Made by a program: the position numbers and the translations under genes. A DNA stretch of 64,000 nt from Eledone cirrhosa (Eukaryota): the NCBI GenBank assembly GCA_964016885.1, contig OZ024741.1, forward strand, positions 97,588,001 to 97,652,000, in the 5' to 3' direction. The notes beneath the pieces are model-generated. The model saw only the letters and a list, made by a program, of their open reading frames with translations, made no database searches and had not been told where the DNA came from. Positions 25,970-40,045 of this stretch are shown piece after piece. Every line of letters starts with the position of its first letter. Position 1 is the stretch's first letter.

Positions 25970-26029
25970 TGTGTGTATGTATATAATATATACATGTAAC
26001 TTATATTTATAATTATGAGTAATATGAAC

Positions 26030-26031
<2 letters not shown>
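25850..26031. repeat. Palindrome (~70-bp arms) centred on (TA)n
   Basis: ATGTTCATATTACTCATAATTATAAATATAAGTTACATG... mirrored by ...CATGTAACTTATATTTATAATTATGAGTAATATGAACAT. Confidence 0.9.
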
Positions 26032-26060
<29 letters not shown>

Positions 26061-26117
26061 CACACACACACACATATATATATATATATGTTATATGTTA
26101 TATATGTTATAAGGATT

Positions 26118-29020
26118 ATAATGCCGTGCACGTCCATTCCAACAAAACTGGCAACCTATATCAAGTGGAGCGCAGTACTTACCATCAACTACTACATAAT
26201 GCTGTAACTAAGGATTACCGTAAAACTAATCAGTGCGTCATCAATGAAATCAACGATGATGAGTTTAATATCACCTCTGATCTCAACATCCTGGACCGGA
26301 CCGAACCTCTGTACCCTATTTCTCCCCACTTTACCCTGAAGGATCACAAATCCAATTTTCCGAACAACCCCTCTATTCGGCTTATTAACCCTACGAAGTC
26401 CGATTTAGGTAGACTTAGTAAAACGATTCTTGAGAGAATTATACCTGAAATTAGAAGTTCGGCCCCTCTTGCACTGTGGAACAATTCTTTCGCGGTGATT
26501 GATTGGTTCAACGGCATATGTAACAAAGAACATTGCCGTTTTATCCAATTTGACATCAACAATTACTACTCCTCCATCACTTTACCACTTCTCCTTAGAG
26601 CTATCAATTTCGCTAAAACACTCACAGTGGTTAATGATTTCGAAGTTGATGTCATCCTCAATGCCCGAAAGTCGGTGATTAATTTAGACGACTCTATTTG
26701 GATTAAAAAATCCAATAGTACCCCATTCGACGTGAGTATGGGCGCCAGTGATTCTGCGGAGGTTACTGATCTTATCGGCCTTTTCCTTCTTTTCTCTATC
26801 AAGGACGAATTCCCCAAGCGGGTGGTGGTTTGTTCCGTGACGATGGTCTTTTGAATATGACTAAGTGCGGACCTCGTGCTTGTGACAGGTTCAGAAAAGA
26901 ACTCACAGCCTTCTTTAAAGGATTCAACCCCTCTATACAGGTTGAGGCCAATCTATCGGTCGTTAATTACCTCGACGTTACCCTCAATTTATTGAATGGG
27001 TTGTATTACCCGTATAGAAAGCCGAATGATACGCTTAATTACATAAGTAAGCATTCCAACTATCCTGCCAGCATAACCAAGAACCTGTCAAGAAACGTTT
27101 CGTTGAGGCTTTCCCGTCTTTCCACCAACGAGCGTATTTTCAACGACCATTCCACTTATTACAATGAATCTCTTGCTCGAAGTGGATTTGTCGATAAGAT
27201 AGCATATACAGAGTACGAAAATAGACCTAGAAGAAATAGATCCCGTCGCATTTGTTGGTATAACCCACCATATAATATGGAGGTAGCCACACCATTAGCT
27301 AAGATCTTTCTTTCCCTTATCACGAAGCATTTTCCCCCTACACATAAATATAGTAACATTTTTAATAGAAATACTATTAAAGTCTCTTACTCTACGACTC
27401 CTAACCTTGCACATAACATCACAGCTTCAAATTTAGCTAAACTATCTAGCCGTAGGAACACGTGCAACCCTGTAGTTAGTACTAACTGTAATTGTAGGAA
27501 TCGGGTTGATTGCCCCCCTATCCGGGAAATGCCTCTCTAGTAACATTGTCTACAAATGTAAGGTTGTAACACCCACGTCCCATAGGGCCTACATAGGGTT
27601 AACCGCCAATTGATTCAAGCAGCGTCTTTACATGCATACCCATTCTTTTCGTTACCCTCTAAGAAGGAATATGACGTCATTTTCAGCTTATATCTGGAGT
27701 CTGAAAGACAACCACACCCAATATAAGTTACACTGGGAGATCCTAGCTAGGGCTAGATCGTATAACGGAAATAAAAGACCATGTGACCTCTGCGCCGCTG
27801 AGGCCCTGGAAATACTCTACGCCACATACCACATCTTAAACAAAAAATCTGAAGCAATTTCGGCTTGTAAACATAAATTGCACAAAACTTCCTGTATTAC
27901 AGCCCCACGTTATACCCTAACGGATAGTACGATCTATACGTGAATATTTACGTCTTGATGTGGGAGCTAAGTATATGTTTTGTTTATACCATTACTTATT
28001 TGCTTAGGTAAGTATATATTACCCGTATGTTTTGTGAAGGTACGTATACCTTCTCGTACGTATATTTGATTGTTTGTGTTATGGCGTATAATTTAATATA
28101 TTCTGGTACATATGGTTTGGCTATGCGCATACGGGAGTTTTGCGTCTGTGTGAGTATGCAGGTTCGTACGTATGTAGGGTGTGTGTATATGTGTACTTCA
28201 TGTTTTGGTTGACTTACGTCTCCGAACATTCGCGTATTTACATGTAGGTATGTGTGTGCGCTTGTTATATACGTATTTATTTATTTATGCACGTTTATAT
28301 AATTATTTATTTATTTATATACACGCATGCACCCACACACATATTTATATGTGCGTGGTTTTGTATACCTATGGTAAGTGGTTTGCGTATACTTGTGTAT
28401 GTACGTTTTTGTTTGCGTGTATGTATTTATTTATTTCTATTACTTCTGTATTGTATTTATTTACTATGTTCTTAACTCTGTAGCGGAGATTCATTCGGTC
28501 TCCTAGTTAGAATTTTAGTCTACGACTTCTGCTATACTATTTACAGGGTTTTGTCTTTGCGTGCTGTTGTTCTCCACGCTCCACATATGACGTATTATCT
28601 TCGTTTTTTTCGTTCACTGCCAGAGAACGTCTCTATGAACCGCCTAAGAGAACATTAGTCTACGACCTCTTTTATACCATAAACGTGGTTCTGTCTTAGC
28701 ACGTAATTGTTTTTCACCGCTCCTATTAATGACGTATTATATTCGTTTTTTCCCGTTCTTTGCCAGCGAACGTTTCCACGAACCAAAGTATCGTCTTCCT
28801 GTCTTCCTCCGGTTGCAACGTTTTTTTAAATATCCACTTCTGCGTTTACAGATTGACTTTGTTAGTTTCAGAAGATCCCGTTAAGGGTGAAAGCAGCGAT
28901 TTTTGCTTAAACTTTAATCTGTTATTTTAATAAATATTTGCTCTACGGTTCTTATATATTTGATATATATTTATCCTTATCGAGCCCTCTTTGGATTTTA
29001 GTCTTCAAATTTATTATTAT

Positions 29021-29023
<3 letters not shown>
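26118..29023 (+). mobile_element. Penelope-like element (Naiad-like) with RT and GIY-YIG, 5'-truncated and frameshifted
   Basis: TLKDHKSNF..RLINPTKSDLG, FIQFDINNYY, FDVSMGASDSAEV, LFRDDGL, VNYLDVTL, WYNPPY, CNCRNRVDCP, NIVYKC..YIG, CDLCAAE. Frameshifts at ~26820 and ~27515, stop at 27611. The 3' UTR has a ~140-bp duplication (28515-28785) and a hammerhead; ends at (TA)n. Confidence 0.92.
28864..28913 (+). ncRNA. Type I hammerhead in PLE 3' UTR (core CAGAAGA, U4 mutated)
   Basis: AGTTT-CAGAAGA-T CCC gttaa GGG T-GAAA-GCA...TGC-TT^AAACT. Confidence 0.65.
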
Positions 29024-29083
<60 letters not shown>

Positions 29084-29100
29084 TACATATATATATATAT

Positions 29101-29293
29101 AACGAAGGATGTGTGGTATGGAACCAGATGGACCATAACGCACCAGAGTACTCAACACTTAGGGTAGTAGAGCGGGTAATAGGAAAATGTTAGACCCCGA
29201 CGGCAGAGCTCAAGACGTTTCGACGGCTATTTCTGGTTCAGAAATAACCGTCGAAACCGCTTGAGTTCTGCCGTCGTGGTCTAACATTTCCCC
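29101..29293 (-). mobile_element. Mini foldback element family A
   Basis: Tail 29101-29180, then a hairpin of ~55-bp arms (GGAAAATGTTAGACCCCGACGGCAGAG / ...CTGCCGTCGTGGTCTAACATTTCCC); TA flanks. Confidence 0.85.
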
Positions 29294-29353
<60 letters not shown>

Positions 29354-31173
29354 ATATAAATAGAATTATTTGGACCCGAACATAGAATAGAATATAGGAG
29401 ATAGAACAAAATGTAGAGGATAGAAACAGATAATTCAATTGGGGGGACAACCTGCTAATCTGGTGTTATATTAATAGCAGACGGTCCTTACACCACACTC
29501 CGTATGTACATTTCAAAAGCCTTAATATGTCATTATGTAATAGTTATTTATTTAATGTGTTGTCAGACATGTGCTGAGAATGTACACAATGTTTTGTTTT
29601 CGTTTTGGGATTTTGAATTAACTGCCGTCAATGGGATGGTGTCACATTAGGTTCTACCAGGAATATGCTATAACAATTTCGTTTCTTTCTTTACCGTATT
29701 CAACTAATTCATTCTGTATTCAACTAAATTCATTGATGTGGTATCATGCATAGGTATATATATGTACGCATTTTCATTTTGTTGTGTATGTCGGCGTGTG
29801 TGCGAATATGAATGGACGATCTTTCAGAAAATATTCACGAATATTCACAAAAAGTCCGCAGTATTAAGAATAGGCTGGGTGAGAGAAGAGTAGCTGTGTG
29901 GAAGTCGTATTATATCTTCCTTGCTTCTTTGTGTTGCATTGAGGATTATTAGAGGATTATTGCATCATAATGATTGTGCAGTTATTGTGTAACTTTCTAA
30001 GTAGTGTTTATATAGGATTTCCAAAACTATTCGAAAAAAATATATGAAAAAGTGAGGGACAAAAAAAGAAAAGATTTGGCAATCGAAAGTAAATGAGAAG
30101 TGCAATAATGATAGCTCCTGTCTCACCACATTACGTATATCTACAAGAAGTCAATGCTGAGAGAATAAATCTGACATAGAGAAACAAATGAAATCTCAAG
30201 TGGTGGCTTATAGAAGACTTACTTATAAACGTGTAAGGCGTACTGATTGATGGCGTACCTTAAGGTGGGTATATTCTGCAAGCAAGACAAGGTTTTATTA
30301 GTAGTAGTTCTTGTAAAAGAATAAGTAGAATTTAAAGAAATCAATAGCTACTATGGTCTCTCACTAATACGGACGGAAACAAAAAGAACAAACACAATTT
30401 GGAATTGAGATGCTAAATGTGTCAGTCGTATTAAGAGACAGAAATATTACGTTTGAGTTAAATAAACGATTGACTGAAAAATGTGATTTAGACCTGGGAT
30501 AACATGACGGAAAATTCAGTTTTTGTTGGCTGGTCATATTAAGTTGTATTTACTCTGAAACTACAAAGAATATATACATAATTGCCCAATCTATATTTTA
30601 GTTCAATCTAGATTAAACGGTGGTTGATGTGAGATTACATTTCTTTCAAATAGGATATAATGTTATATATTTCTAAATATCAGGATATGTAAATATTTCG
30701 AAAGATAAAATGAGTTTAGGGATAATACAGACAAATTCTAAAACATATTGTTTTGGATAACTTAAGTAACATTTTAGTTTTGACGGGCTTGGGGATTTGA
30801 AGTACTTGGTGTCTATATGTAACTAGTGGTGAACCGGCAAAAGGGAAATGAAATCAATTTGGAGGAAAACGTCTAAGATTCTAAAGAGTGTTACTGGAAG
30901 TGAAACGAGCTAAAATGAGCAATCTTTCTTTACTAGAGTACTGTTTATAAAACCAGAACGTATTCGAGGTTTCAATGAAAATGTACTCTATTTAATTTGG
31001 TAAGTTAGTTGTATCATAATTAACGAACTGATGACAAATCTTACATTAATTACCACTTCACCCTCCAAAACAAACAAAAACCACTATCATTGACGCTCAA
31101 CAAAAACTACTATGAGTTTCAAAAAAAAAATGGCTTTCATTATTGATATTATTTTAAGAATTTAAAATAAAGT

Positions 31174-31222
31174 GCCAGTAATGCACAGGGTAATTGCTGG
31201 CCTTGTGCCAAAAGTAGAAACA
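31174..31222 (+). mobile_element. SINE 3' fragment
   Basis: CCAGTAATGCACAGGGTAATTGCTGGCCTTGTGCCAAAAGTAGAAAC; TSD-like TTATTTTAAG(A/C)ATTT on both sides. Confidence 0.8.
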
Positions 31223-32638
31223 CTTATTTTAAGCATTTTGCCAAGTGAAGAATTTGAGGAACATTTCGCTAATAATAGTTTAAAGGATCTATCACAGTTA
31301 TTTATACCAATGCTCCTTCAAGATACCAATAACATTCGGTATGTTATTATACATCTAAACACCAGGATATGTTTCATTGTAAATTGTAATTTTACTTGCT
31401 TCCGTTTCAAGTTGTCAAGAATTCTATTTCTGTATAACCCATTCAATAAAACATATATACATTCTAAACATCTGACATAAGTGAGGGTGCAGAGGAAAAA
31501 TACTAGATATTCTAGTGTTTATTGTACAACTGAAACAACAGTTGTTATAGTTTTCCACATTACCCTTGAAACGAGATAACCTGAAGCACATACTGTCATA
31601 TTTATGCAGGTTTTACATATTTAAACTTTAAATATTTTAGATTACATTTTACGAATTTTACAATGTAGTGCCAGGCATCCGTATAATTTTGTGTTCGTCG
31701 GTTTAAATCGTTCATAAAAGGTCAGTAATTTTGATTTGATATAAATTATCTGTTATTACAGCAACATAGTTTTGATCTAACAATTTCGCTCAAGTGGGTT
31801 ATTGTGCTTTCCTACGTTATTAAAATGTATAAATATATCATGGTAGCATAGTATGATTATATAATATAAATCGCAAGCAAAGCATTTAATTAACTTGCTT
31901 ATACAATAAGCATGTGAGCGATGAGATTAGAAAGCAGGTGAGTGCTGAACTAAATTAATTGCAATGATATTACATCTAGCTTTCTGGGGTGCAATATCCC
32001 TCTCATAGAATATGTATTACTGTGGATCATTTAAATCAAATTTACAAAAGGACCCCAAAACTTGTTCCCATGCCAAGCCAAAAAGTCATCTACACTCTAC
32101 TATACAATATAGCTTTAGATTAACATTATAATTTAGTACTAACAGCAATCAAACGGTGTGGTATATATTTGTAGTTGAACATAAAGAAGATACACACGTC
32201 TGCACGCAAACATGATGATATGACACGTATATGTACACGTACACACGCGCTTCCCTGATTTAATTTAATACAGATCATAATAAAACAAAAAGCGAAAGTT
32301 TGAAGTAGAAGCTGAATGTTTGCCCTGGGCAATGTTCCAATGCATTTCTTTCCTGAATCTGATTTTGGCACATCTCAACGGAATCTGAACGCTAGAACTA
32401 ATTCTACGAACGAAACAACCGACTCATTTTAAAGTGCTCCTGTACACCCTACTCGAAAATCTAACCTAAAGTCATATTGTTTAGATGTGGTTTCTTCTTG
32501 CAACGGGAATTGAAAAAGAACCAACTATGTAGGTCAGTATTCAGATTATTTCTATTGATCAAATATATTGTATTTATAAATTTAATGTATATGTAAAAGA
32601 AGGAGTGATTGAAGAAATGAGAATCTTGCGGAAGACAG

Positions 32639-32762
<124 letters not shown>

Positions 32763-32763
32763 A

Positions 32764-32802
<39 letters not shown>

Positions 32803-32806
<4 letters not shown>

Positions 32807-33004
32807 AACCAGTAAGACCCCGACAGCTGAGCTCAAGCCGTTTCGACGGCTAATTCTGGACTGAATTAGTCCAGAATTTGCCGTCGAAACGGCTTGAGCT
32901 CAGCTGTCGGGGTCTTACTGGTTCCTATTACCCACTCTACTACCTCAAGTATTGAGTACTTTGGTGCGTTATGGTCCACCTGGTTCCTTACCACATTTCC
33001 TTCG

Positions 33005-33007
<3 letters not shown>
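32803..33007 (+). mobile_element. Mini foldback element family A (~60-bp arms plus ~80-nt tail)
   Basis: TAGGAACCAGTAAGACCCCGACAGCTGAG...TGGACT gaatt AGTCCA...GGTTCCTA, then a tail ending CCTTCGTTA; within (TA)n. Confidence 0.9.
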
Positions 33008-33057
<50 letters not shown>

Positions 33058-33389
33058 AAGATAGAGATAGAGAGACTGGGAGAGAAAGACTAAGAAAGCA
33101 AGATGTAACACATATTTTTGTATGTATAAGGAATTTAATTAAATTTACAAATTAACTAGAGATAATAGATCGTTTCATACTTAGTTTTGTGAGAGGTGAA
33201 AGGTTTCCTATTGAAATCTCACTTTCCTGTTTAATTAATCGTTTCTTTAGTACTGCGGCAAAGCGAACACAGAGGGGTCATTATATTGAAAATGTACATG
33301 TAGTGCGTGCGTGTGGTGGTGGTGGGGGGGGGGGGCATTGAAATTGAATAAAATAAAATTAAAATAATATATGCAATATACCAAATATA

Positions 33390-34135
33390 ACGATGTTCCC
33401 AGATGAAGAACACCAATGGCCTTTGACAGATTATTCTGTCTATCATGGGTAAATGAGGACTCAGTTGTTTTCCCCGATGCACTGAAGTATGTTGAGATCA
33501 AGGTCCTTCACTAGAACCATTATTGTCACTGTCTTGAGCCTGTAAATAATTTGGTATGGGTGTAACGCCTCCTTAACCTCCTTCAAATGATAGTCCAAGA
33601 GGAAGTCAGGAATAGATGGATGGGGTATTGGCAGAATTGGAAACTCCTTACAGTAATATCCATTCTTTCGCAGTTGCTAGCCACATTCGTGATTTCTGGA
33701 TGTTATCCGTAATACCTGGCCAGATTGTTCTTCAGGTAGATATGCATGTCTACTGGCAGTGTTTCTTCGAATGCATTACTACTTCTTATCAAGTCATGGA
33801 AGTCATTCGGATCCTGCTGCCATAATATTAGATTGTTATGAGTGACTGGCAATATCAAAAACATAAGAGGCACATAAATCTCTGCAGATCCCGATTCTTC
33901 GGCCATGGTATGAAATGTTTCGTGGCGAAGTGTTTTGGTAATCTTCTATGAAACGAAACTGAATTCATTTGTGCTGAAGACACTCACCAATTAGTGATGT
34001 TCAAACGATTCAAAAGATTTAGATTAATAAACAAAAATTGTGAGAGCTTAACTGAAGTCACATTTTTGATCCACACTAGCTAAGACGAATCACATGATTT
34101 GCAGTTTCTTGTGGAAGGTCATCGGACGGTGATAG
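33390..34135 (-). mobile_element. Possible very old LINE fragment
   Basis: Higher-complexity island with broken minus-strand frames; no unambiguous motif seen. Confidence 0.25.
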
Positions 34136-37100
34136 CGCAAACCCATGCTTGCTAATTACACAACCAATGACAAACATGCCTTACCTATATACGTTTGTTA
34201 ACACCTTAGATTCTGACATCAGCAGAGCTAGAGAGCGAATGTTATCGATAGTAACACTTTGTACGAGTTATTTATTGGCACTGCAATAACGGGAATCTCT
34301 TGTCAGATAAATATAACAGCGACATGGCCAACAAAACTGGCCTGAATATATAAGAATATATCATATAAGCCGTTTAATTTCTCTCCCACCCCCATAACCA
34401 TTCATAATCAACCATATATGATACACTGATATCAACTATACGCAGAGGTTTGCTCTTGGCAGAGTTATTCACCAGCAGTTGTTAACGATAAAGCCAGTCA
34501 GGTAGCTCTAATCTTTGTGCACCGCCAACGGTATTCGTTTCTCCTAGTTCGCGTATCTCTCTATAACATATTCTAGTATGAGAGGCAGATCAAGAATTTA
34601 GGTTCTGTGTAACGAAACATTTAGCATTTTAGGCGCCCTACACTGGTCTATCCACTGATTTATTAATTACACTATCGGGATTTGATGAATTAATTTTGTT
34701 TGCACTGATGTATTCGATAAATGTATTTGTTACGTTTTTACAATTTCAATATGATTGCAAAATGCATAATCCTCTTCGGATAAAGTGCGCATTATCTTAT
34801 TCGGTACATCCACTAAAGCAAGGATTACTTATATGATTCTATTATTCAACTAGTAATATAGAACGGCCAGGATGTCTGAAGAAATTTAACTGACCCGTGT
34901 TGGTCGAAGTGTATGGTTTTGTAACAATAATTTGGGCTGCCATTCTCGTTTAACTGCACAGATGTACTTTCTAATTTTAGAATTACCATCAAAACGTCCA
35001 GATACAAACGTTTCTGAAACAACACTGCTACATCCCTGCCTAATTTGGAACAGAATGTATATTAGTATATTCCTTTTACTGGTATTTATTTATGTTTATT
35101 TCAATCTAGTTTTAGGTCAAAATGTTGAAATTAGATTTGAATACATTGCCTTGAGATGTTCTTGCACTTCATTTCTCTCTGATCTTTTTTATTGCTAAAC
35201 ATTTCTCTCTGAAAATATCGTACTGTTCTTCGACTCCACATATTCATTTCGTTCTTTTATTGTCATTCACTTCACTTCTCTCTCATTCATCTTAATTTCC
35301 TTTCTCTATCTATCTTTATATCCTACCCTCTCCCACTTTCATCCCGTATAATGTTATCAAATCGGGAAATATCTTCTGAAATTGATTTATATGTATTACA
35401 AATTAATGTTTATGCCATTAAACGACAGGTTTTATTCATTGCATGAAATATATATAGAGGAAACAGAAATGTGACATTATATACAGTAAGCAAAATCAGA
35501 TATTGGATGAAGTTGCTAATTTTGCGCACAGATATCTAATGACATGTTTTGCTAGCCAATCCAAAAATAGCTTTGCACTATATAACATTGTACGTCTTCT
35601 GAATAGAATTGCCACAAACTTTACTATTCATAGAATGTTATATTCTAGTGTTAATGAAATCCTGGGTGACGTGTCCTTTTTGCTTTAATTTTATAGAATT
35701 GTTTTGTTTTTCATATATAGTTATGGACTTCAACATAGCCACCGCCATAGTTTAGTGAAAGAACCAAGACATGAATCAACAATAACACGTAAGAAAATAT
35801 CTCCCCTAAACTATGAATGTTCTTATAATACACATCTATTTGTGTATGCTATTAAAGGATAAATACTGTGGTATTGCATAAAAAAGAATTTTTCATTTAA
35901 CCTCTTAAATACGAAGCATTTAACTTCATTTACACAGTATAAAACAAATTAAAATAGTAAACTAAATTACGTAGAATTGATACATAATAATGATATATAG
36001 CTATTTATACTTCCAATATGTATAAGGAATAAACAGAATTAATTTCCATCTTTCCTGATAAAACGTCTATCTTGTTAATAGTCATTCTTCTTACTCGTAG
36101 CTAGTTAAATAGCTGCATATAATATTAACTGCATTTTTCAGGTTTCAGATGAAATACTTACTGCAGATTTGAATTCAAGATTTTGATATTTATATAATAT
36201 CCTCAACCACTCCATCTCTATCAAAGAAAATATACGATTATTTTCCTCGCTACTAATCTAGCCGTAATGGCACGGCTCTTAATGATTAGGTTAGTCGGTT
36301 CACGATAGTAAGATTTTGAGTTTGATTGCCGGAAAAGCGACGCGTTCGTGGGTGATTCATTTAATTTCTAATTTATTCAGTTACTTTAAAAATAAGTTAT
36401 ACCTTTTATTCAAAAGTCAAGTCTTATCAAACAAGGAATCGCTGAATCGTTCCAAGAATTACCTTATGCAGACTTTCCAATCATTTCCAAATAAAATTCC
36501 CGATGAGGATGTTCTTTTGTTTGAAGAATTGGAACATTTGCCGTCGTACTCGATGTAGGTCCAACACTGATATAGCCAATGCAAATGTTAACGTTTTCTA
36601 AGAGGCCTTCCATTAACTTCTACCATAACACGAACCTAAATAATATCGAATATTTAACAAACTTTGAGTTACTTCGACTGTTAATAACAAAAGTTACGAC
36701 TACTACTGAGATAACTATTGCTAACTGACCTACGCCTAATAAAGCAGCACCAATGTCGGTAATTATTCACGCAATATGATCGCACTTAAACTCTCATAAT
36801 GAGTGTTCATAATTAACCTCAGCTGAGTACTTGTCTATTATGGTTTGTACAACTATCATCTTGTGAATAACCATTATGTGCTGTTCCATGCCTTTTATGT
36901 TTCATTAAATCATTTGATTGTTTACATTTTCTATATTTTGTTTTGTTTTCCTTTGTTATTTTAAAAGCGTCCTACAATTTATATGTAGTTATTTCTTAAT
37001 CAATGAACTTTGGCGAAATTGACGAGAAGGAATTTTTTTGTTCTACTGACATCTCAATCGATTGTTTAGCATTACAGTTCGTTGCTGTGAGGTTGGTTGG

Positions 37101-37312
37101 TATTAGTGGAAGTCTTGGTAATGGTGTTGATAGTCACTGTACGTTCATATCGTTTAATTACTAGCTAACGGTTTGTGACTCTTTTGATCGTAACTGAAAA
37201 AATATTTTGTTTGAAATGTTGTTTTCAAATATTGTATATCTTAATAATTTTAGAATGAATTTGTTGTAATTTATGTTATAATATTAAAACTAATATTCTT
37301 CTTCTTCTACTT

Positions 37313-38930
37313 TAGCGCGTCGAACACGATGCTTTACAGTGTAGAGTTACGTCCCTTTACGGCCTGAGTTCAAATCATGCCGAGGTTAACTTTTCCTTTC
37401 ATCCTCACAGGGTCGATAAAATAAAGTCTCGCACTGGGGTCGATTTAATCGACTTTGCTCTCCGCCAAAATTTACTGGCCTTGTGCCTATATAAGAAACC
37501 ATTATTAATATTAAGGGCGGTGGATTGGCAGTATTGGTAGAGTGTCGGATGCCATGCTTTGACGCATAGAGTTACGGCCCTTGCCATTCTGAGTTCAAAT
37601 CCCGCCGAGGTTAACTTTGCCTTTCATCCTTACGGGGACGATAAAATAAAGTACCAGTAATACACTGGTGAATTTGCTGGCCTTGTGCCTAACGTAGAAA
37701 CAATTATTAATATTAAGGGCGGTAGTTTGGCATTATTGATAGAATGTCAGGCACAATGCTTTACAGCATAGAGATGTCGCCCTTTACGTTCTGAGTTCAA
37801 ATTCCGACGAGGTTAGCTTTGCCTTTCATCCTTAAGTGAATGATAAATAAAGCACCAGTAATGTACAGGTGTCGATTCAATCGACTTTCCCCTCCACCCC
37901 AAATTGACCACTTTGTGCCTAATCAGAAATCAATTGGATTGGCAGTATCGGTAGAGCGTCAGACGACACGCGTGGCAGCAAAGAGTTACGGCCCTTTATG
38001 ATCTGAGTTCAAATCCCGCTGTTGTTAACTTTGCCTTTCATCCTTATGGGGTCGATAAAATAAAGTACCAGTAATACCCTGGATAACTGCTGGCCTTGTG
38101 CCAAAAGTAGAAACAATTATAATTTTTAGCCGGTGAATTGGCAGTATCGGTAGAGGGTCAGAAGACATGCTTTGACGCATAGAGTTACGACCCTTGCCAT
38201 TCTGAGTTCAAATCCCGCCGCGGTTAATTTTGCCTTTCATCCTTACGGGGTCGATAAAATAAAGTACCAGTAATGCACTGGGTGATTTGTGGCCTTGTGC
38301 CAAAAGTAGAAACAATTATTATTTTTAGAGTTACGGCCCTTGCCATTCTGAGTTCAAATCCCGCCGAGGTTAACTTTGCCTTTCATCCTTACGGGGTCGA
38401 TAAAATAAAGTACAAGTAATGTACTGGGTAATTTCTGGCCTTGTGCCAAAAGTAGAAACAATTATTATTTGTGCCAGGGCAGTGGATTTGCAGTATCGGT
38501 AGAGGGTCGGACGCCATTCTTTGCAGCACAGTTACGTCCCTTTACAGACTGAGTTCAAATCCCGCCGAGGTTAACTTTGCCGTTCATCCTTACGGGGTCG
38601 ATTAAATAAAGTACCAGTAATACACTGGGATAATTGTTGCTGGCCTTGTGCCAAAAGTAGAAACAATTATTATTTTTCCCTTTCATCCTTACCGGGTCGA
38701 TAAAATAAAATACCAGTAATGTACTGGGTAATTGCTGGCCTTGTTCCAAAAATAGAAACAACTATTATTAATATTATTATCATTATTGTTGTTATTGCTA
38801 TGTGGTGGTAGATTTGCAGTATCGGTAGAGTGACGGACATGTTGCTACGTGGCATAGAGTGAATGGCCCTATGCGTTCTGACTACACATCTTTTGCCAAA
38901 TTGCTGGCCTTGTGCCAAAACTAGAAACAT
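37313..38930 (+). mobile_element. Head-to-tail array of ~9 tRNA-derived SINE copies
   Basis: Repeated A-box TGGCAGTATCGGTAG, B-box GAGTTCAAATCCC, core GCCGAGGTTAACTTTGCCTTTCATCCTTACGGGGTCGATAAAATAAAGTACCAG and tail GGCCTTGTGCCAAAAGTAGAAACAATTATT. Copies are variably 5'-truncated. Confidence 0.93.
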
Positions 38931-39091
38931 TTAGTATTATTATTGTTATTGCTGTTGTTGTTCAAGTTGTTCTTATAAACAGCATGCAAACATCTTCAAT
39001 TCTTGAATATTCCTATGTAGAGCAGATATAACTGAGATTGAGAAGATATGATTATAGATATTTTAACTGTGTAGTTTTGTTTTCCAAACAG

Positions 39092-39145
39092 TGTACCAGG
39101 GCGTACACGATCCAATTCAAAACCACTCTTTGAAAAATGTCTACG
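39092..39145 (+). CDS. Candidate 54-nt host exon (xYQGVHDPIQNHSLKNVY in phase 1)
   Basis: Polypyrimidine acceptor TTTTGTTTTCCAAACAG and donor GTATGT. Joining to the acceptor at 40805 gives NVYEDIAE-stop. No homology recognised. Confidence 0.3.
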
Positions 39146-39952
39146 GTATGTTTTAATGGAAATCCGTTTCTGGCCATCTCTTGCAAGTGGCACGTATTCA
39201 TAGGGGCGATTAATGTTTGTTTCTTAGGGCATAATTGTTAGCGGATAATATCAGTATTTTGTTAAAAAATCACCATTGCCTTCTAAAATCTTTATCGTTT
39301 TTATATTTTCCATAATGTGATAACATGTTAAAATTTTATATATCGATATATGGTGATGTCTTAAGGAGAACGTAGATCAACGTTAAAACTACGGTAATTT
39401 TAAATTTTCCATAACACAAAACGAGAATATCATGGCAGTCAAAAATATATTTTGAACACCTAAAATAATAACGCCAAATGTTTGATTCAAGCAACCACTA
39501 ATTCCTCATATTTTTTAAATAAGTCCATGCAAATTTACCATCGGTACTTTTCGTTAGAGTCGTGTTGATTTATTTTTGTATGACCATTATGAACTATTGC
39601 AAATCACTTTTGCTGTTTCCTGTGTTTAATAAAGAAATATTCTAGTAAATATTGCCACATGTATGCTCCTTGCCTCATGCATTCCTCTTACCAATTAGAT
39701 ATGTACTGATAGACAACAGGTTGTATAATTGGCGTATTCTAACATATATACATGCAATTAAATACGTTAGACATAATGTTTTGATTATGTCTCTTACATT
39801 GGTCTATTACTTCAGGAATGACAATGAATTTTCTATTTACATACACTGGAACACGTGATAAACATCTTCCCGCAAGTCATGTAACTTTGTACAGCACATT
39901 TTATGTATAATATTTACACACAATAAATCTCCTGACACATTCACTACATATA

Positions 39953-40045
39953 TGATATGTGTGTCCATAGAAGACCACACACATATGTGATATGTGAGTC
40001 CATAGAAGACCACACACATATGTGATATGTGTGTCCATAGAAGAA
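39953..40045. repeat. 35-bp minisatellite, ~2.6 copies
   Basis: TGATATGTG(T/A)GTCCATAGAAGACCACACACATATG repeated. Confidence 0.9.

Noticed and set aside
27611-27613. In-frame TGA in the PLE endonuclease as selenocysteine (some Naiad PLEs are selenoproteins)
   Set aside because: The position is P or N, not Cys, in the two homologues in this window; the copy also has frameshifts, and no SECIS was recognised.
37313-38930. CRISPR-like or tRNA gene array
   Set aside because: Units are ~90-220 bp SINE copies with no unique spacers or cas genes; A/B boxes are present but there is no full cloverleaf.
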